Shown piece by piece: positions 27,892 through 37,754 of a DNA stretch of 52,348 bases. The notes below the pieces were generated by a model. The model was not told the origin of the DNA. It did no database searches and saw nothing but the letters and a program-made list of their open reading frames with translations. A program made the position numbers and the translations under genes. Source of the stretch: Desulfosporosinus sp. UBA5188 (GTDB lineage: Bacteria; Bacillota; Desulfitobacteriia; Desulfitobacteriales; Desulfitobacteriaceae); the NCBI GenBank assembly GCA_002413075.1, contig DHWG01000069.1, forward strand, positions 2,119 through 54,466. Direction: 5' to 3'. Numbering within the stretch: the first letter of the stretch is position 1; the number at the start of each line of letters is the position of its first letter.

Positions 27892-30324
27892 TTAATTAAT
27901 GGTCCGATATCTGACCTTCCAAATCCAATCTGCATATTCTCTAATAGTTCTATCACTTGAGAATCTTCCTGAGTTGGCAATATTGACTAAGGACATTGCA
28001 TTCCAATCTTTTTGATTCAGATGAAGTGTTTGAAGCTTGTCATGCATTTCAAGATATGAGTGAAAATCTCTTAAAACAAAGAATTCATCGTTATAGATCA
28101 TCAGAGAATCGAACAGAACTCTGAATTCCCCCCCCATATTATCGAAAAAACCACTGTTTAATTGATTGACACATGTGCGTATATCACAGTTAGCGTGGTA
28201 TTCATCCCATGATTTATATCCGCCATTTGAAGTGTAGCTCATAACCTGTTCCGCTGTAAGCCCAAAGATGAAGATATTATCGTCACCGACCGCATCCTTA
28301 ATTTCTACATTGGCTCCATCTAAGGTTCCTAAGGTTATGGCACCATTCATCATAAACTTCATATTTCCGGTCCCTGAAGCCTCTTTACTTGCGGTAGATA
28401 TCTGTTCACTAATGTCTGCAGCAGGATAAATCAGCTCGGCTTGAGTCACATTGAAATTCTCAATGAAGATGACTTTAAGTTTTTGATTAACGATAGGATC
28501 ATGCTCTATTTTCTGACTTAGTGCATTAATAATCTTAATAACAATTTTAGCATAATGATACCCTGGTGCCGCTTTTCCACCGAATATAAAGGTTTGCGAC
28601 CCCCTCAATGAATCTGGGTCGTCCAGAGCCTTATTGTATAAGTGCATGATCTTTAGCACATTCAGTAATTGTCTTTTGTAGGCATGTATTCTCTTCACTT
28701 GAACATCAAAAATCGACATAGGGTCAAGAACAACCCCCTGTTTGATCTTTACCCTTTCAGCCAAGCGACATTTGTTTTCATATTTCACGTTGGCCATCTG
28801 TTCCAAGAAACTGGAATCATTTTTGAACACTTGAAGTTTCTTGAGTTCTCCTGCATCTTCCTTCCAATTAGGACCAATTGCTTCCGTTATGAGGCGAGAT
28901 AATTTGGGATTAGCGGCTAAGAGAAATCTCCTGTAATTAACACCATTTGTTTTATTGTTAAATTTATAACCAAAAATGCGGTAATAATCTTTAAAAATCA
29001 CATCTTTAAGTATTTTTGTGTGTAATTGCGCAACGCCATTCACAGACGAACTCCCGATAATGGCCAAATGGGCCATATAGACATACCCATCTTTGAGAAT
29101 TTCAGTGTTGTTAATCACTTTTCCATCATCCATAAATCTTGCGGTTAAATCTTCCTTGAATCTCCGATCTATTTCCTCTATAATCTGATAAATCCTTGGT
29201 AATAGTCCTTTGAGAAGATCAATCGACCATTTTTCCATAGCTTCCGGCATAATGGTATGATTTGTAAAGGATACAGTGTTCACCGTGATATTCCAGGCCT
29301 CATCCCAGCCCATTCCTTCTTCATCAATTAAGAGACGCATCAGCTCAGGGATACACAAAACTGGATGAGTGTCATTAATATGAACAGAAACTCGTCGTGA
29401 GAAATCATGTAACGAACTTGAACGATTTCTTTTTTTATAACTTCTTATAATGGAGCCCAACCCAGCGGCAACAAAAAAGTATTCTTGCTTAAGCCTTAAC
29501 TCTCTTCCAGCTAGACTACTATCATCAGGATAAAGAATATAGGAAATCGATTCAACCTCAGATTTATTGCTTGTCGCTTGATTATATTCTCCACGATTGA
29601 AACAGGCTAAATCAAGCTCGCCACAAGTAGTTTCTGCACTCCATAACCTTAAGTTGTTAATATACAAGAGATTATCATAGCTCATAATGGGGACATCATA
29701 GGGGACTGCAAGCACTGATTCATAGTTCTCGTGTATAAAGGATGTTTTCCCCTCAATAACCTTTGTTCTGACTGACCCTCTAAATTTTACAACAATGGCC
29801 TTATCTGGTTTCCTTATTTCCCACGGATAACCATTTTTGAGCCAATTATCGGCTACTTCAACCTGATTGCCAGCTACGATTTTCTGTTCAAATAAACCAT
29901 ATTTATAACGAATTCCATTACCATGTCCCTCAATTCCTAAGAATGCCATTGAGTCTAAGAAACACGCTGCCAATCTTCCTAAACCCCCATTACCTAAGCC
30001 AGGGTCTACTTCTTGTTCTAAGAGGTCATCAAGATTGATACTTAACTCTGACAAACCCGCTCTCACGAGTTCCTCTATTTTAAAGTTCACCAAATAATTG
30101 TGAAGAAGTTTACCAATCAGAAACTCCATAGAAAAATAAAAAATCTGTTTTCCCTGAGCCATGGATTTTTTGTTCATGGTCCGGTAATAACTCATTTTTT
30201 CTTTCAACAGTGCGACTAGTGCAACAAATTTATCCCATTGAGTCGCTTCATCTAACGTAATACCTTCCCCTTCAATCAATTTCATGATATAGGCTTCCTT
30301 GAAACTTTCTTTATCTATAAACAT
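27892..30324 (-). CDS. glgP: Glycogen/starch phosphorylase
   Basis: GLGNGGLGRLAACFLDS, NDTHP, KRIHAYKRQ, PLP motif EASGTGNMKF; start moved to ATG 30324 behind GGAGG. Confidence 0.96.
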   Translation of the reverse strand: MFIDKESFKEAYIMKLIEGEGITLDEATQWDKFVALVALLKEKMSYYRTMNKKSMAQGKQIFYFSMEFLIGKLLHNYLVNFKIEELVRAGLSELSINLDDLLEQEVDPGLGNGGLGRLAACFLDSMAFLGIEGHGNGIRYKYGLFEQKIVAGNQVEVADNWLKNGYPWEIRKPDKAIVVKFRGSVRTKVIEGKTSFIHENYESVLAVPYDVPIMSYDNLLYINNLRLWSAETTCGELDLACFNRGEYNQATSNKSEVESISYILYPDDSSLAGRELRLKQEYFFVAAGLGSIIRSYKKRNRSSSLHDFSRRVSVHINDTHPVLCIPELMRLLIDEEGMGWDEAWNITVNTVSFTNHTIMPEAMEKWSIDLLKGLLPRIYQIIEEIDRRFKEDLTARFMDDGKVINNTEILKDGYVYMAHLAIIGSSSVNGVAQLHTKILKDVIFKDYYRIFGYKFNNKTNGVNYRRFLLAANPKLSRLITEAIGPNWKEDAGELKKLQVFKNDSSFLEQMANVKYENKCRLAERVKIKQGVVLDPMSIFDVQVKRIHAYKRQLLNVLKIMHLYNKALDDPDSLRGSQTFIFGGKAAPGYHYAKIVIKIINALSQKIEHDPIVNQKLKVIFIENFNVTQAELIYPAADISEQISTASKEASGTGNMKFMMNGAITLGTLDGANVEIKDAVGDDNIFIFGLTAEQVMSYTSNGGYKSWDEYHANCDIRTCVNQLNSGFFDNMGGEFRVLFDSLMIYNDEFFVLRDFHSYLEMHDKLQTLHLNQKDWNAMSLVNIANSGRFSSDRTIREYADWIWKVRYRTIN

Positions 30325-30654
30325 ACTGCTTGTTTCCTCCAATACTTAACTTACTATTCAACAAAGGTTTTAATATGACATAAAACCGTGTTGAAACTGA
30401 TGATCAAGAAAGCTCTTGTTCATATATGGTAGCAACCGATTTACTCTGTCGGTTACACTCTGTAGATTACTTTACCTATTCTCCTATGCAAAGGAAAATA
30501 CCTTCATAGATATCTTGATATTTATATGAATCAACGATCAAACCTGTAACATTTAACACACTTCAAGCGTAATAAGGTTGTAGGGTTATAAAAAACAGCC
30601 CGATAACGTTATTATATTTATTGGCTGTAATATTATTCAAAAGGAGGAAATGAT

Positions 30655-30852
30655 ATGACGAAACGCTTGTATCGATCTAGCTTGGATAAACAACTTGGTG
30701 GCGTCTGCGGAGGGATTGCTGAATATTTTGAACTTGACCCCAGTCTCGTCAGGATCGGCGCTATTCTACTTCTCCTAGTCGCAGGCACCGGATTTTTAGC
30801 CTATCTTGTTGCCTGGTTTATCGTCCCCCTGGATACTAACAAGGAATATTAA
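30655..30852 (+). CDS. PspC domain small membrane protein
   Basis: KRLYRS..DKQLGGVCGGIAEYF.LDP..VR; strong AAGGAGG RBS. Confidence 0.92.
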   Translation: MTKRLYRSSLDKQLGGVCGGIAEYFELDPSLVRIGAILLLLVAGTGFLAYLVAWFIVPLDTNKEY

Positions 30853-30880
30853 GGATGATTAATAACTTTTCTGTGTACAT

Positions 30881-30930
30881 AAGGATATAGCGCCTGGTCC
30901 AGAGCACTCTGAACTAGGCGCTATATCTTT
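30881..30930. terminator. Bidirectional terminator between PspC gene and ABC exporter
   Basis: GATATAGCGCCT..AGGCGCTATATC long stem between convergent genes. Confidence 0.8.
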
Positions 30931-30961
30931 ATAACTATCCTAATCAATTACGTTATTGAGG

Positions 30962-32692
30962 CTACAATGTTCCCTGTTGCATCATAAACATCTTATGATA
31001 AAGTCCCTCTGTTCGTAAAAGTTCTGCATGTCTACCTCTTTCAACAATTATTCCGCTGTGCAGGACTAAAATAAGGTCGGCATCTTGAATGGTTGAGAGC
31101 CGATGAGCAATCGCAATCGTCGTTCGGCCTTGTCGCATCTTTTCAAGAGCGGTTTTAATCGCTTCCTCCGTTTCCGTATCGACACTTGCCGTCGCCTCAT
31201 CTAAGACTAGTATTTTGGGATTACCTGCTATTGTACGAGCAAAACAAATGAGTTGACGCTGCCCACTCGACAATGTAGCCCCTCGTTCTCCAATCGGCTC
31301 TTCGAAGCCTTGTGGAAGTTTTAGAATAAATTCATCGGCTTGCACAAATGAAGCCGCTTCACCGACTTGCTTCTCACTCACAGTTGGTCTTGAAAGGGAA
31401 ATATTTTTGGCAATATTTCCGACAAACAAAAAGGGATCTTGGGCCACAAGGCCAACTTTAGTACGTAGCTCATCTTCGGAGAACTCAGTTAATGGTACTG
31501 AGTCTATAAGAATTTCCCCACGCGTTACAGAATAGAAACGCATGAGGAGATTCGCGACGGTACTTTTTCCACTTCCAGTATGCCCTACCAGAGCAACGGT
31601 CTGCCCTGAATAGGCCGTAAAACTGACGTTCTTTAAGACGTCTTGCCCACCGTCATACGAAAAACTAACATTCTTAAATTCAATTTGTCCGTCAAGGATC
31701 GATGCAGCTCCAACATCGTTCACAGCACGAGTCAGGCGGCGATCATCTAATAGTTCAAAAACTCGTTCAGCTGCAACCAGGGATTGTTGAAACTGTGACA
31801 ATCGTTGCATCATCATATTAACGGGCTCAAAGAAGCGATCCAGGTAGTTGATAAAGGCATAGAGCACCCCAATTTGGATCGGCCCCTGTAACGACTGAAT
31901 TCCAAAGAAGTTTAAAACAAGGACTAGGGCAAAGGTATAAATCACATCAACGGCCGGACGAACAAACAGGCTTTCCAATCGAATATTGGTCATGTTTGAT
32001 TGATAGTAAGCATTATTAATCCCTGCAAACTCTTCTTTGAAGCGTTTTTCCTGACGCATAGCTTGCACGATATTCATCCCTTGGATGGATTCATTCAATT
32101 TGGAATTGAGACGACTCAGTTCTTTGCGCATGATTCGATACACTTTTGTACTAACCCCTCGATACACAACCATTAAACCGAGAATTGCCGGAAGCAAGGC
32201 AAGGCAAAAGGTCGCCAAACGCACATCCAAGCTAAACATGGCAATAAAGACGCCAATCAAAAAGACGAAATTTTGGACAAGTGCGGCAAGAACCCCCACA
32301 AACAACTCTTTAATCGCTTCAGTATCATTCGTAATTCTGGAAACCAAAGCCCCCGTCGGAGTTTTGTCGAAAACCACGAGTCCCAGGCGTTGAACATGTT
32401 TGAAGACATCAACTCGTAATGCTTGAATCACTTTGAGGGCAATTCGATTAAAACTGACTAATTGATAATAGTGTAGGCCTACTGATAGAAAATGAAGCCC
32501 CAAATAGCCTCCTCCAAGAAGCCATAAAGCTTGCTGGTCAAAGGAGCGAGGCACCAGATGGCGATCGAGAAATATTTTAACTAAGATCGGACCAATGACA
32601 TCCGCAAACGTAGCAAATACTAGGACCATAGAGGCTATACTTAACGCTTTGTAATGGGGTTTAAGGTATCTAAGTAAACGCCGGATGACCAT
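30962..32692 (-). CDS. Heterodimeric ABC exporter subunit, YheH/BmrD-like
   Basis: TMD plus NBD; SRITNDTE, GHTGSGKST, LSSGQRQ, DEATA, AHRLST. Confidence 0.88.
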   Translation of the reverse strand: MVIRRLLRYLKPHYKALSIASMVLVFATFADVIGPILVKIFLDRHLVPRSFDQQALWLLGGGYLGLHFLSVGLHYYQLVSFNRIALKVIQALRVDVFKHVQRLGLVVFDKTPTGALVSRITNDTEAIKELFVGVLAALVQNFVFLIGVFIAMFSLDVRLATFCLALLPAILGLMVVYRGVSTKVYRIMRKELSRLNSKLNESIQGMNIVQAMRQEKRFKEEFAGINNAYYQSNMTNIRLESLFVRPAVDVIYTFALVLVLNFFGIQSLQGPIQIGVLYAFINYLDRFFEPVNMMMQRLSQFQQSLVAAERVFELLDDRRLTRAVNDVGAASILDGQIEFKNVSFSYDGGQDVLKNVSFTAYSGQTVALVGHTGSGKSTVANLLMRFYSVTRGEILIDSVPLTEFSEDELRTKVGLVAQDPFLFVGNIAKNISLSRPTVSEKQVGEAASFVQADEFILKLPQGFEEPIGERGATLSSGQRQLICFARTIAGNPKILVLDEATASVDTETEEAIKTALEKMRQGRTTIAIAHRLSTIQDADLILVLHSGIIVERGRHAELLRTEGLYHKMFMMQQGTL

Positions 32693-32693
32693 A

Positions 32694-34445
32694 TTACGCT
32701 CCCCCTCCCTCAAGCAGTGACTCTAACTGCTGACTTCGATAAGTGGAAGCATACCATCCCTCAATGATCATGAGTTCGGCATGAGAGCCACGCTCAATAA
32801 TGATCCCGTTGTGAAGGACAATGATCAAGTCCGCATGTTCAACAGCACTCAAACGATGTGAGGAAATAAGGGTTGTTTTTTGAGTTCTTGTTTCCTTTAG
32901 ACCTTGTAAAATTGTTTTTTCTGTCTTCGCGTCCACCGCAGACAGAGAATCATCGAGAATAAGAATTTCCGGTTTGAGTAATAGCGCTCTGGCAATTGAT
33001 ATTCGCTGTTTTTGCCCTCCAGAAAGGGTTACCCCCCGATCCCCGACCATGGTGCCGTATTGTTCTTCAAAACGTAGGATATCCTGGTGAATGGCTGCGA
33101 TTTCAGCGACAGCCTTGATTTCCTCCAGCGTGGCTTCTGGTTTACCAAAAGCTATGTTCTGCGCAATTAAAGTAGAAAATAGAAAGTTATCCTGAGGAAC
33201 ATACCCAATCGAAGACCGTAGGGCTCCAAGTGTTACATTATATATCGAGTTTCCACCAATACGGAGATCCCCTTTTGAAAGATCAAATTCTCGCATGAGC
33301 ATTCGGAAAAATGTTGTTTTCCCACTTCCAGTCTTTCCCACAATCCCTAAAGTTTGACCAGGTTTGACAGCAACGTCAATTTCTTTAAGAACCAGTTTGT
33401 GCGCTCCTGGATAAGTAAATGAAGCCCCCTGATACGCCACTTCTCCACTGGGGACTCGATCCGTTACTCCGTCCCGTTCGACGATCTCATGTTTAATGGT
33501 CAGTAGCGTATTCACCCGGTCATAGGATGCCCTTCCACGTTCTAGGATGTTGAAGAGCCACCCAAACGCCAGCATTGGCCAGATAAACGCTCCCAGATAA
33601 ATCGTAAACTGAGTTAGCTGTCCAAAGCTTAGACTTCCGTTCACCACTTCTTTCGCACCAAAGGAGATGGCGAGGAAAAATGAAATCCCTATAATCAATT
33701 GGATCGTCGGTTCAAAAAGCGCATCCACTTTCGCAACCGCAAAATTCTTCTCCACCACGTCCGCTGATAACGTGCGAAAGGCTTTTTTCTCTGCTTCTTC
33801 CTCACCAAAGGCTCTAACGACTCTGACCCCAGAGATGTTCTCCAACACTTTGTTATTGAGATCAGAAAAGGCCGCCTGTGCTTTATGAAACCTTTTATGT
33901 AGAAGTGTGCCATAATAGCTGGTCGACCAGGCCATCAAGGGCATAGGCAATAAGGTAATAAGGGTAAGTTTCCAACTGATAAAATAGGCCATTGAGAAAA
34001 CAACCAGACTCCCTGTCGTCAGAGAATCAACTAGGGTTAACACACCCACCCCTGCCGTCATCTCAATCGCTTGAATATCGTTTGTGGCATGCGCCATTAG
34101 ATCTCCCGTTCGGTGTTGCTGATAAAATTGCGGAGACAAGCGGGTGAAATGCTCAAAAAGTTGTTTCCGTAACAACCTCCCCAGCCGACTGGAGGCCCCG
34201 AAAATCGTTAAACGCCAAGCATACCGCAAGCCGTAAACCAGTAGCGTCGCACTTAATAGAAGTAAACTCCACTTGAACAAGATTCCCTCGGTCATATTCC
34301 TCTTGCCAACTCCGTCCACGATGACCCCAACGGCATAGGGAGGAAATAGATTGATTAGGGCTACTAATAACAAAACAAAAATACCCATGCTATAGCTTTT
34401 TTTCTCTAATCTAAAAAACCACATTAACTCCCTAAAAAGACGCAT
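32694..34445 (-). CDS. Heterodimeric ABC exporter subunit, YheI/BmrC-like, degenerate site
   Basis: TGDLMAHATND, GKTGSGKT, LSGGQKQR, degenerate Walker B LDDSLSAVD; start moved to ATG 34445. Confidence 0.88.
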   Translation of the reverse strand: MRLFRELMWFFRLEKKSYSMGIFVLLLVALINLFPPYAVGVIVDGVGKRNMTEGILFKWSLLLLSATLLVYGLRYAWRLTIFGASSRLGRLLRKQLFEHFTRLSPQFYQQHRTGDLMAHATNDIQAIEMTAGVGVLTLVDSLTTGSLVVFSMAYFISWKLTLITLLPMPLMAWSTSYYGTLLHKRFHKAQAAFSDLNNKVLENISGVRVVRAFGEEEAEKKAFRTLSADVVEKNFAVAKVDALFEPTIQLIIGISFFLAISFGAKEVVNGSLSFGQLTQFTIYLGAFIWPMLAFGWLFNILERGRASYDRVNTLLTIKHEIVERDGVTDRVPSGEVAYQGASFTYPGAHKLVLKEIDVAVKPGQTLGIVGKTGSGKTTFFRMLMREFDLSKGDLRIGGNSIYNVTLGALRSSIGYVPQDNFLFSTLIAQNIAFGKPEATLEEIKAVAEIAAIHQDILRFEEQYGTMVGDRGVTLSGGQKQRISIARALLLKPEILILDDSLSAVDAKTEKTILQGLKETRTQKTTLISSHRLSAVEHADLIIVLHNGIIIERGSHAELMIIEGWYASTYRSQQLESLLEGGGA

Positions 34446-34514
34446 GAAATCTCCTCTCAAAGCTGTTGGGACGTTCAAATACGCGACGTCTTGCTAGCAC
34501 TCATCATGTTACGA

Positions 34515-34523
34515 ATTATATCA
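34515..34523 (-). promoter_or_regulatory. Extended -10 for ABC exporter operon
   Basis: Minus strand TGATATAAT about 70 nt upstream of start. Confidence 0.5.
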
Positions 34524-34560
34524 TAAGACTTCTGTCTTTTTCTAGATTTAAGAATCGTCT

Positions 34561-34610
34561 AAAAAGTAATAAGCGCCTTCAGCATATCAAACTGCTGAGG
34601 GCGCTTATTA
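34561..34610 (-). terminator. Intrinsic terminator after 49-aa ORF
   Basis: TAATAAGCGCCCTCAGCA..TGCTGAAGGCGCTTATTA followed by CTTTTT. Confidence 0.85.
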
Positions 34611-34613
34611 AAG

Positions 34614-34763
34614 TTACTTTATCATATTATTTGTGGTTGCACAGGACTCGGGGGGAGATTGTGTCGCCTTCATTTTACAATCCTCGCAGACCTTTAAACC
34701 ATGGTCCTCATATAAATCCTCGTTCGGAATTTCAACGTTACACCTTGCACACTTAGCCATCAT
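34614..34763 (-). CDS. 49-aa putative zinc-binding small protein
   Basis: Below ORF-track cutoff. MMAKCARCNVEIPNEDLYEDHGLKVCEDCKMKATQSPPESCATTNNMIK; RBS AAAGGAGA; immediate terminator. Confidence 0.8.
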   Translation of the reverse strand: MMAKCARCNVEIPNEDLYEDHGLKVCEDCKMKATQSPPESCATTNNMIK

Positions 34764-34884
34764 AATTTTATCTCCTTTAATAGTTTTTCATTAATGATAT
34801 ATAATCGTTTTCTTAACATATCTCAATATTGCTTAAGCTATACCGTGAAAATACCTTTGCCTAAAATTGACACCCAGACTTTTC

Positions 34885-34913
34885 TTGATTGAACATAGTT
34901 GTTTTGTTATACT
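34885..34913 (+). promoter_or_regulatory. Putative sigma-A promoter for phosphodiester glycosidase operon
   Basis: TTGATT, 17 bp spacer, TATACT with TG extension. Confidence 0.55.
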
Positions 34914-34989
34914 TAGCAGAGTTATTGTAAAATATCGTTGTCCAATGTCAACGTTAGCTCATAACTGAAAGAAGGAGAAAGAAAGTTTT

Positions 34990-35955
34990 ATGAAAAAAAA
35001 GAGTACTATCAGAATAAAAATGGTTCTAGCTTTTATAGGCTATAACCTCATTTTTGCGTCAATACTTGCTCCCTTTGTCCTTTTTTGGGGACCCTTCGAA
35101 TCTCTCAAAGCCGTTGCTGTTGGGGCCGTTGCTACTTCCCGACATCCTCAGGTTGTACAGTTTTTTTTATCTCAAGCAGAGATAGATCGGATTATGAACC
35201 TTAATGCTGAACAAGGCGTGAACGTCGGACAAATAATCAGTAGCAACAAAGTAATTTCCGATACAGGTACAGGTATCACCATTGAAGATATCAAGGGCAC
35301 AAGTTTCAAGGGTAAGGTCATGTTAATCAAAGATCCAAAACGCGTTAAATTAGCCGTGACCAAAGAAATTGGTGTCACAGGAGAACGTGTTAGCGATCTG
35401 GTTAAGGACACGGGAGCCATTGCCGGAATCAATGCTGGCGGTTTCTATGACCCCAACGGTAAAGGAAACGGAGCGTTCCCAGACGGTTTAACCATGCATG
35501 ACGGACAACTCGTCCATAACAACGTCGGTGACAAGGCGGTCAACATTGTCGGGTTTGACGACAAAGGAAAATTAATCCTCGGTGAGATGACAGCTCAACA
35601 ATTAAAAGCGAAAAATATGAGTGAAGTGGTTGCTTTTGGACCTAATCTTATTGTCGAGGGGAAATCTGTGATTAAAGGAGATGGCGGTTGGGGTATTGCC
35701 CCTCGGACAGGCATAGGACAAATGGCCGATGGGACCGTTATTTTTGTCGTCATCGATGGACGTCAACCCACGTGGAGTATTGGCGCAAATTTACGAGACC
35801 TGATGAATGTCTTTGAAGATTATCATGCAGTAAACGCTGTTAATCTCGATGGCGGTTCTTCCTCTGAACTCGTCTATAACGGCAAGGTAATGAATCGTCT
35901 ATGGAATATCTTCGGTGAACGCTATATTCCTACAGCCTTTGTTGTTACGCCATAA
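34990..35955 (+). CDS. Membrane-anchored phosphodiester glycosidase (NAGPA/DUF2233) family protein
   Basis: AGINAGGF, GPNL, APRTGIG, IDGRQ, NAVNLDGGSS; N-terminal TM helix. Confidence 0.88.
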   Translation: MKKKSTIRIKMVLAFIGYNLIFASILAPFVLFWGPFESLKAVAVGAVATSRHPQVVQFFLSQAEIDRIMNLNAEQGVNVGQIISSNKVISDTGTGITIEDIKGTSFKGKVMLIKDPKRVKLAVTKEIGVTGERVSDLVKDTGAIAGINAGGFYDPNGKGNGAFPDGLTMHDGQLVHNNVGDKAVNIVGFDDKGKLILGEMTAQQLKAKNMSEVVAFGPNLIVEGKSVIKGDGGWGIAPRTGIGQMADGTVIFVVIDGRQPTWSIGANLRDLMNVFEDYHAVNAVNLDGGSSSELVYNGKVMNRLWNIFGERYIPTAFVVTP

Positions 35956-35983
35956 ATCTTTCTAAGAAAGGAGCAATCATCTC

Positions 35984-37198
35984 ATGCGAACACTGCGCAT
36001 CATATTAGTTTGGACATTAGTTTCGCTATTATTACAAGGTGGAGGGTATTTTGTTTTGAACAAAAAAGTTCAAGCAGTGATGACACCTGTCTCAAATGAA
36101 CCCATTACCCTTAACCTCACAGCGACAATCCCTGGTTCAAACCTTCAAAATATCCAAATATCCTCTGCCAAGGATTATTTAGCCTATACTGAAAATGGCA
36201 CGCTCAAAATTTATAATCTTGTACAGGGCAAGCAAGTTTTTGAAAAAAAATCGCCCTCTACTACGGATAAGACATTGGGGGTCCTTACCTACCAATGGTT
36301 GCCAGACCGAAATACCTTACTTTATTTTTATGCTAAGAAAAATCCCAATGAGGTAACCAATGTTACCGTGTATCCTAAAGCCACTGTTAAGACTCCTGTT
36401 ATAAAAACAGAAGATCCCAATCAAAAAATTGACAAAGTGATTCCTGTTGAACCTAGAACTGAAAAAAAATATGGAAATCCGCAACTCACAGAATTGTATT
36501 CACTTGAGCTACCAGAAAGTAAGGATGATACCACCCTTCCAGATGATCGGTTTAACCAATCAATTGACAATTTACCCAAAGGTGGAAAAATTGAAAACTT
36601 GGTTTTCTCAACCTCTTCTAATTTGATTTATCTCACCGTAAAAAACGAATCTACGCAACTACTGATGGAAATAGATGTCATGAAAAACGTACGTACTCTG
36701 AATAAATCAGGAGAGGCTATCGATAATATGGCTGCCTCTGATCGCTATGGAACACTTTATATTGACAGTAAAGTTGGCAATACCCATCAAGTTATTGCGT
36801 TGGATGGCACCAAACGACGAATCATCTCTAAAAAGCTGAATGATAGTATCTTAGGCATTAGAGATGGTAAGGTCTATATAGGTGAAGTCATCAACGATGA
36901 ACTCGTAAAGATCACATCCACGTCAGACCGCGCAGAGTTAACCGATAATCCTACTCTGAAAACTGAATGGGAAGGCGTAATTCCCTTTAAGGATGTTCGC
37001 ATGCTCATCGGTTCAAAAGGCCAGGTCATTGTCTATAATAATCAAGCAGCGTATATTGTTACTGCTGGTCAATTAGAGGAAGTTAAATTACAGGGAGATG
37101 AAAATTATGTCTCTTTTGATGGCGCAGAACTTATACAACTGACCGAACAAGGCACTTCGACACTTGTGGGACTGCGTCCCCTCAAGCCACAGAAATAA
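35984..37198 (+). CDS. Membrane-anchored/exported hypothetical protein, beta-rich
   Basis: 404-aa ORF, AAGGAG RBS, N-terminal hydrophobic helix, no motif recognised. Confidence 0.75.
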   Translation: MRTLRIILVWTLVSLLLQGGGYFVLNKKVQAVMTPVSNEPITLNLTATIPGSNLQNIQISSAKDYLAYTENGTLKIYNLVQGKQVFEKKSPSTTDKTLGVLTYQWLPDRNTLLYFYAKKNPNEVTNVTVYPKATVKTPVIKTEDPNQKIDKVIPVEPRTEKKYGNPQLTELYSLELPESKDDTTLPDDRFNQSIDNLPKGGKIENLVFSTSSNLIYLTVKNESTQLLMEIDVMKNVRTLNKSGEAIDNMAASDRYGTLYIDSKVGNTHQVIALDGTKRRIISKKLNDSILGIRDGKVYIGEVINDELVKITSTSDRAELTDNPTLKTEWEGVIPFKDVRMLIGSKGQVIVYNNQAAYIVTAGQLEEVKLQGDENYVSFDGAELIQLTEQGTSTLVGLRPLKPQK

Positions 37199-37240
37199 TG
37201 ACGTGTAGAGCGCTTACCAAAAACTTATAGACGGTACACC

Positions 37241-37288
37241 AAAAAGGGATAGGCATTCATAGAAGACTATGTAACGCCTATCCCTTTT
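37241..37288. terminator. Bidirectional terminator
   Basis: AAAAGGGATAGGC..GCCTATCCCTTTT between convergent genes. Confidence 0.85.
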
Positions 37289-37310
37289 ATCCTCTTCAAG
37301 CACTCTTAAA

Positions 37311-37679
37311 CTAACCAACCAGATTTATTGGCATCGTTTCCCCTGACAAGGCCTTTATTAAGTTGGCTTGAGTCACTTCATTGTGTGAAGCATGCCACAA
37401 AACTTTCCGTTTGCTCATAAGAAGTACTTGAGGGGATTGATGTTTTATCCCTAACTCCTCAGTTGCTTGGTTAGAAATCTGTCGGGACTCAAGCACTTTG
37501 ATCATGCCTACCAAAACTTCGTCCGAACTTTCCTTAATAAAATTTTGCACCTCACCCCAAGCACGCCTGCTCGTGGGACAGGTCGTACTATGTTTGAATA
37601 GTATGACCTGTCGTTGCTCAGATTCGTCCATAATTTGTCTCAATTGTTGAGGAGATGTAATTTCCTTGAATACCGCCAT
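37311..37679 (-). CDS. ytxJ: Monothiol bacilliredoxin BrxC/YtxJ family
   Basis: FKHSTTCPTS, IKHQSPQ, WHASH motifs. Confidence 0.88.
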   Translation of the reverse strand: MAVFKEITSPQQLRQIMDESEQRQVILFKHSTTCPTSRRAWGEVQNFIKESSDEVLVGMIKVLESRQISNQATEELGIKHQSPQVLLMSKRKVLWHASHNEVTQANLIKALSGETMPINLVG

Positions 37680-37754
37680 CGTTTCTCCGCCTTTCTTATG
37701 TTCATGTTATTATAACAAGAACATACCAGTTTTATCGTCAAGTCTTACATTTTT

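Noticed and set aside
30545-30558. TGTAACATTTAACA as a CcpA cre site upstream of glgP
   Set aside because: Lacks the central CG of the cre consensus
34466-34756. 96-aa plus-strand ORF
   Set aside because: Antisense to the better supported 49-aa gene, its terminator and the exporter promoter
34561-34763. 49-aa ORF as a BmrB-like attenuation leader peptide
   Set aside because: Terminator lies wholly after the stop, the product looks like a folded metal-binding domain, and a separate extended -10 precedes the exporter; unlikely though not excluded
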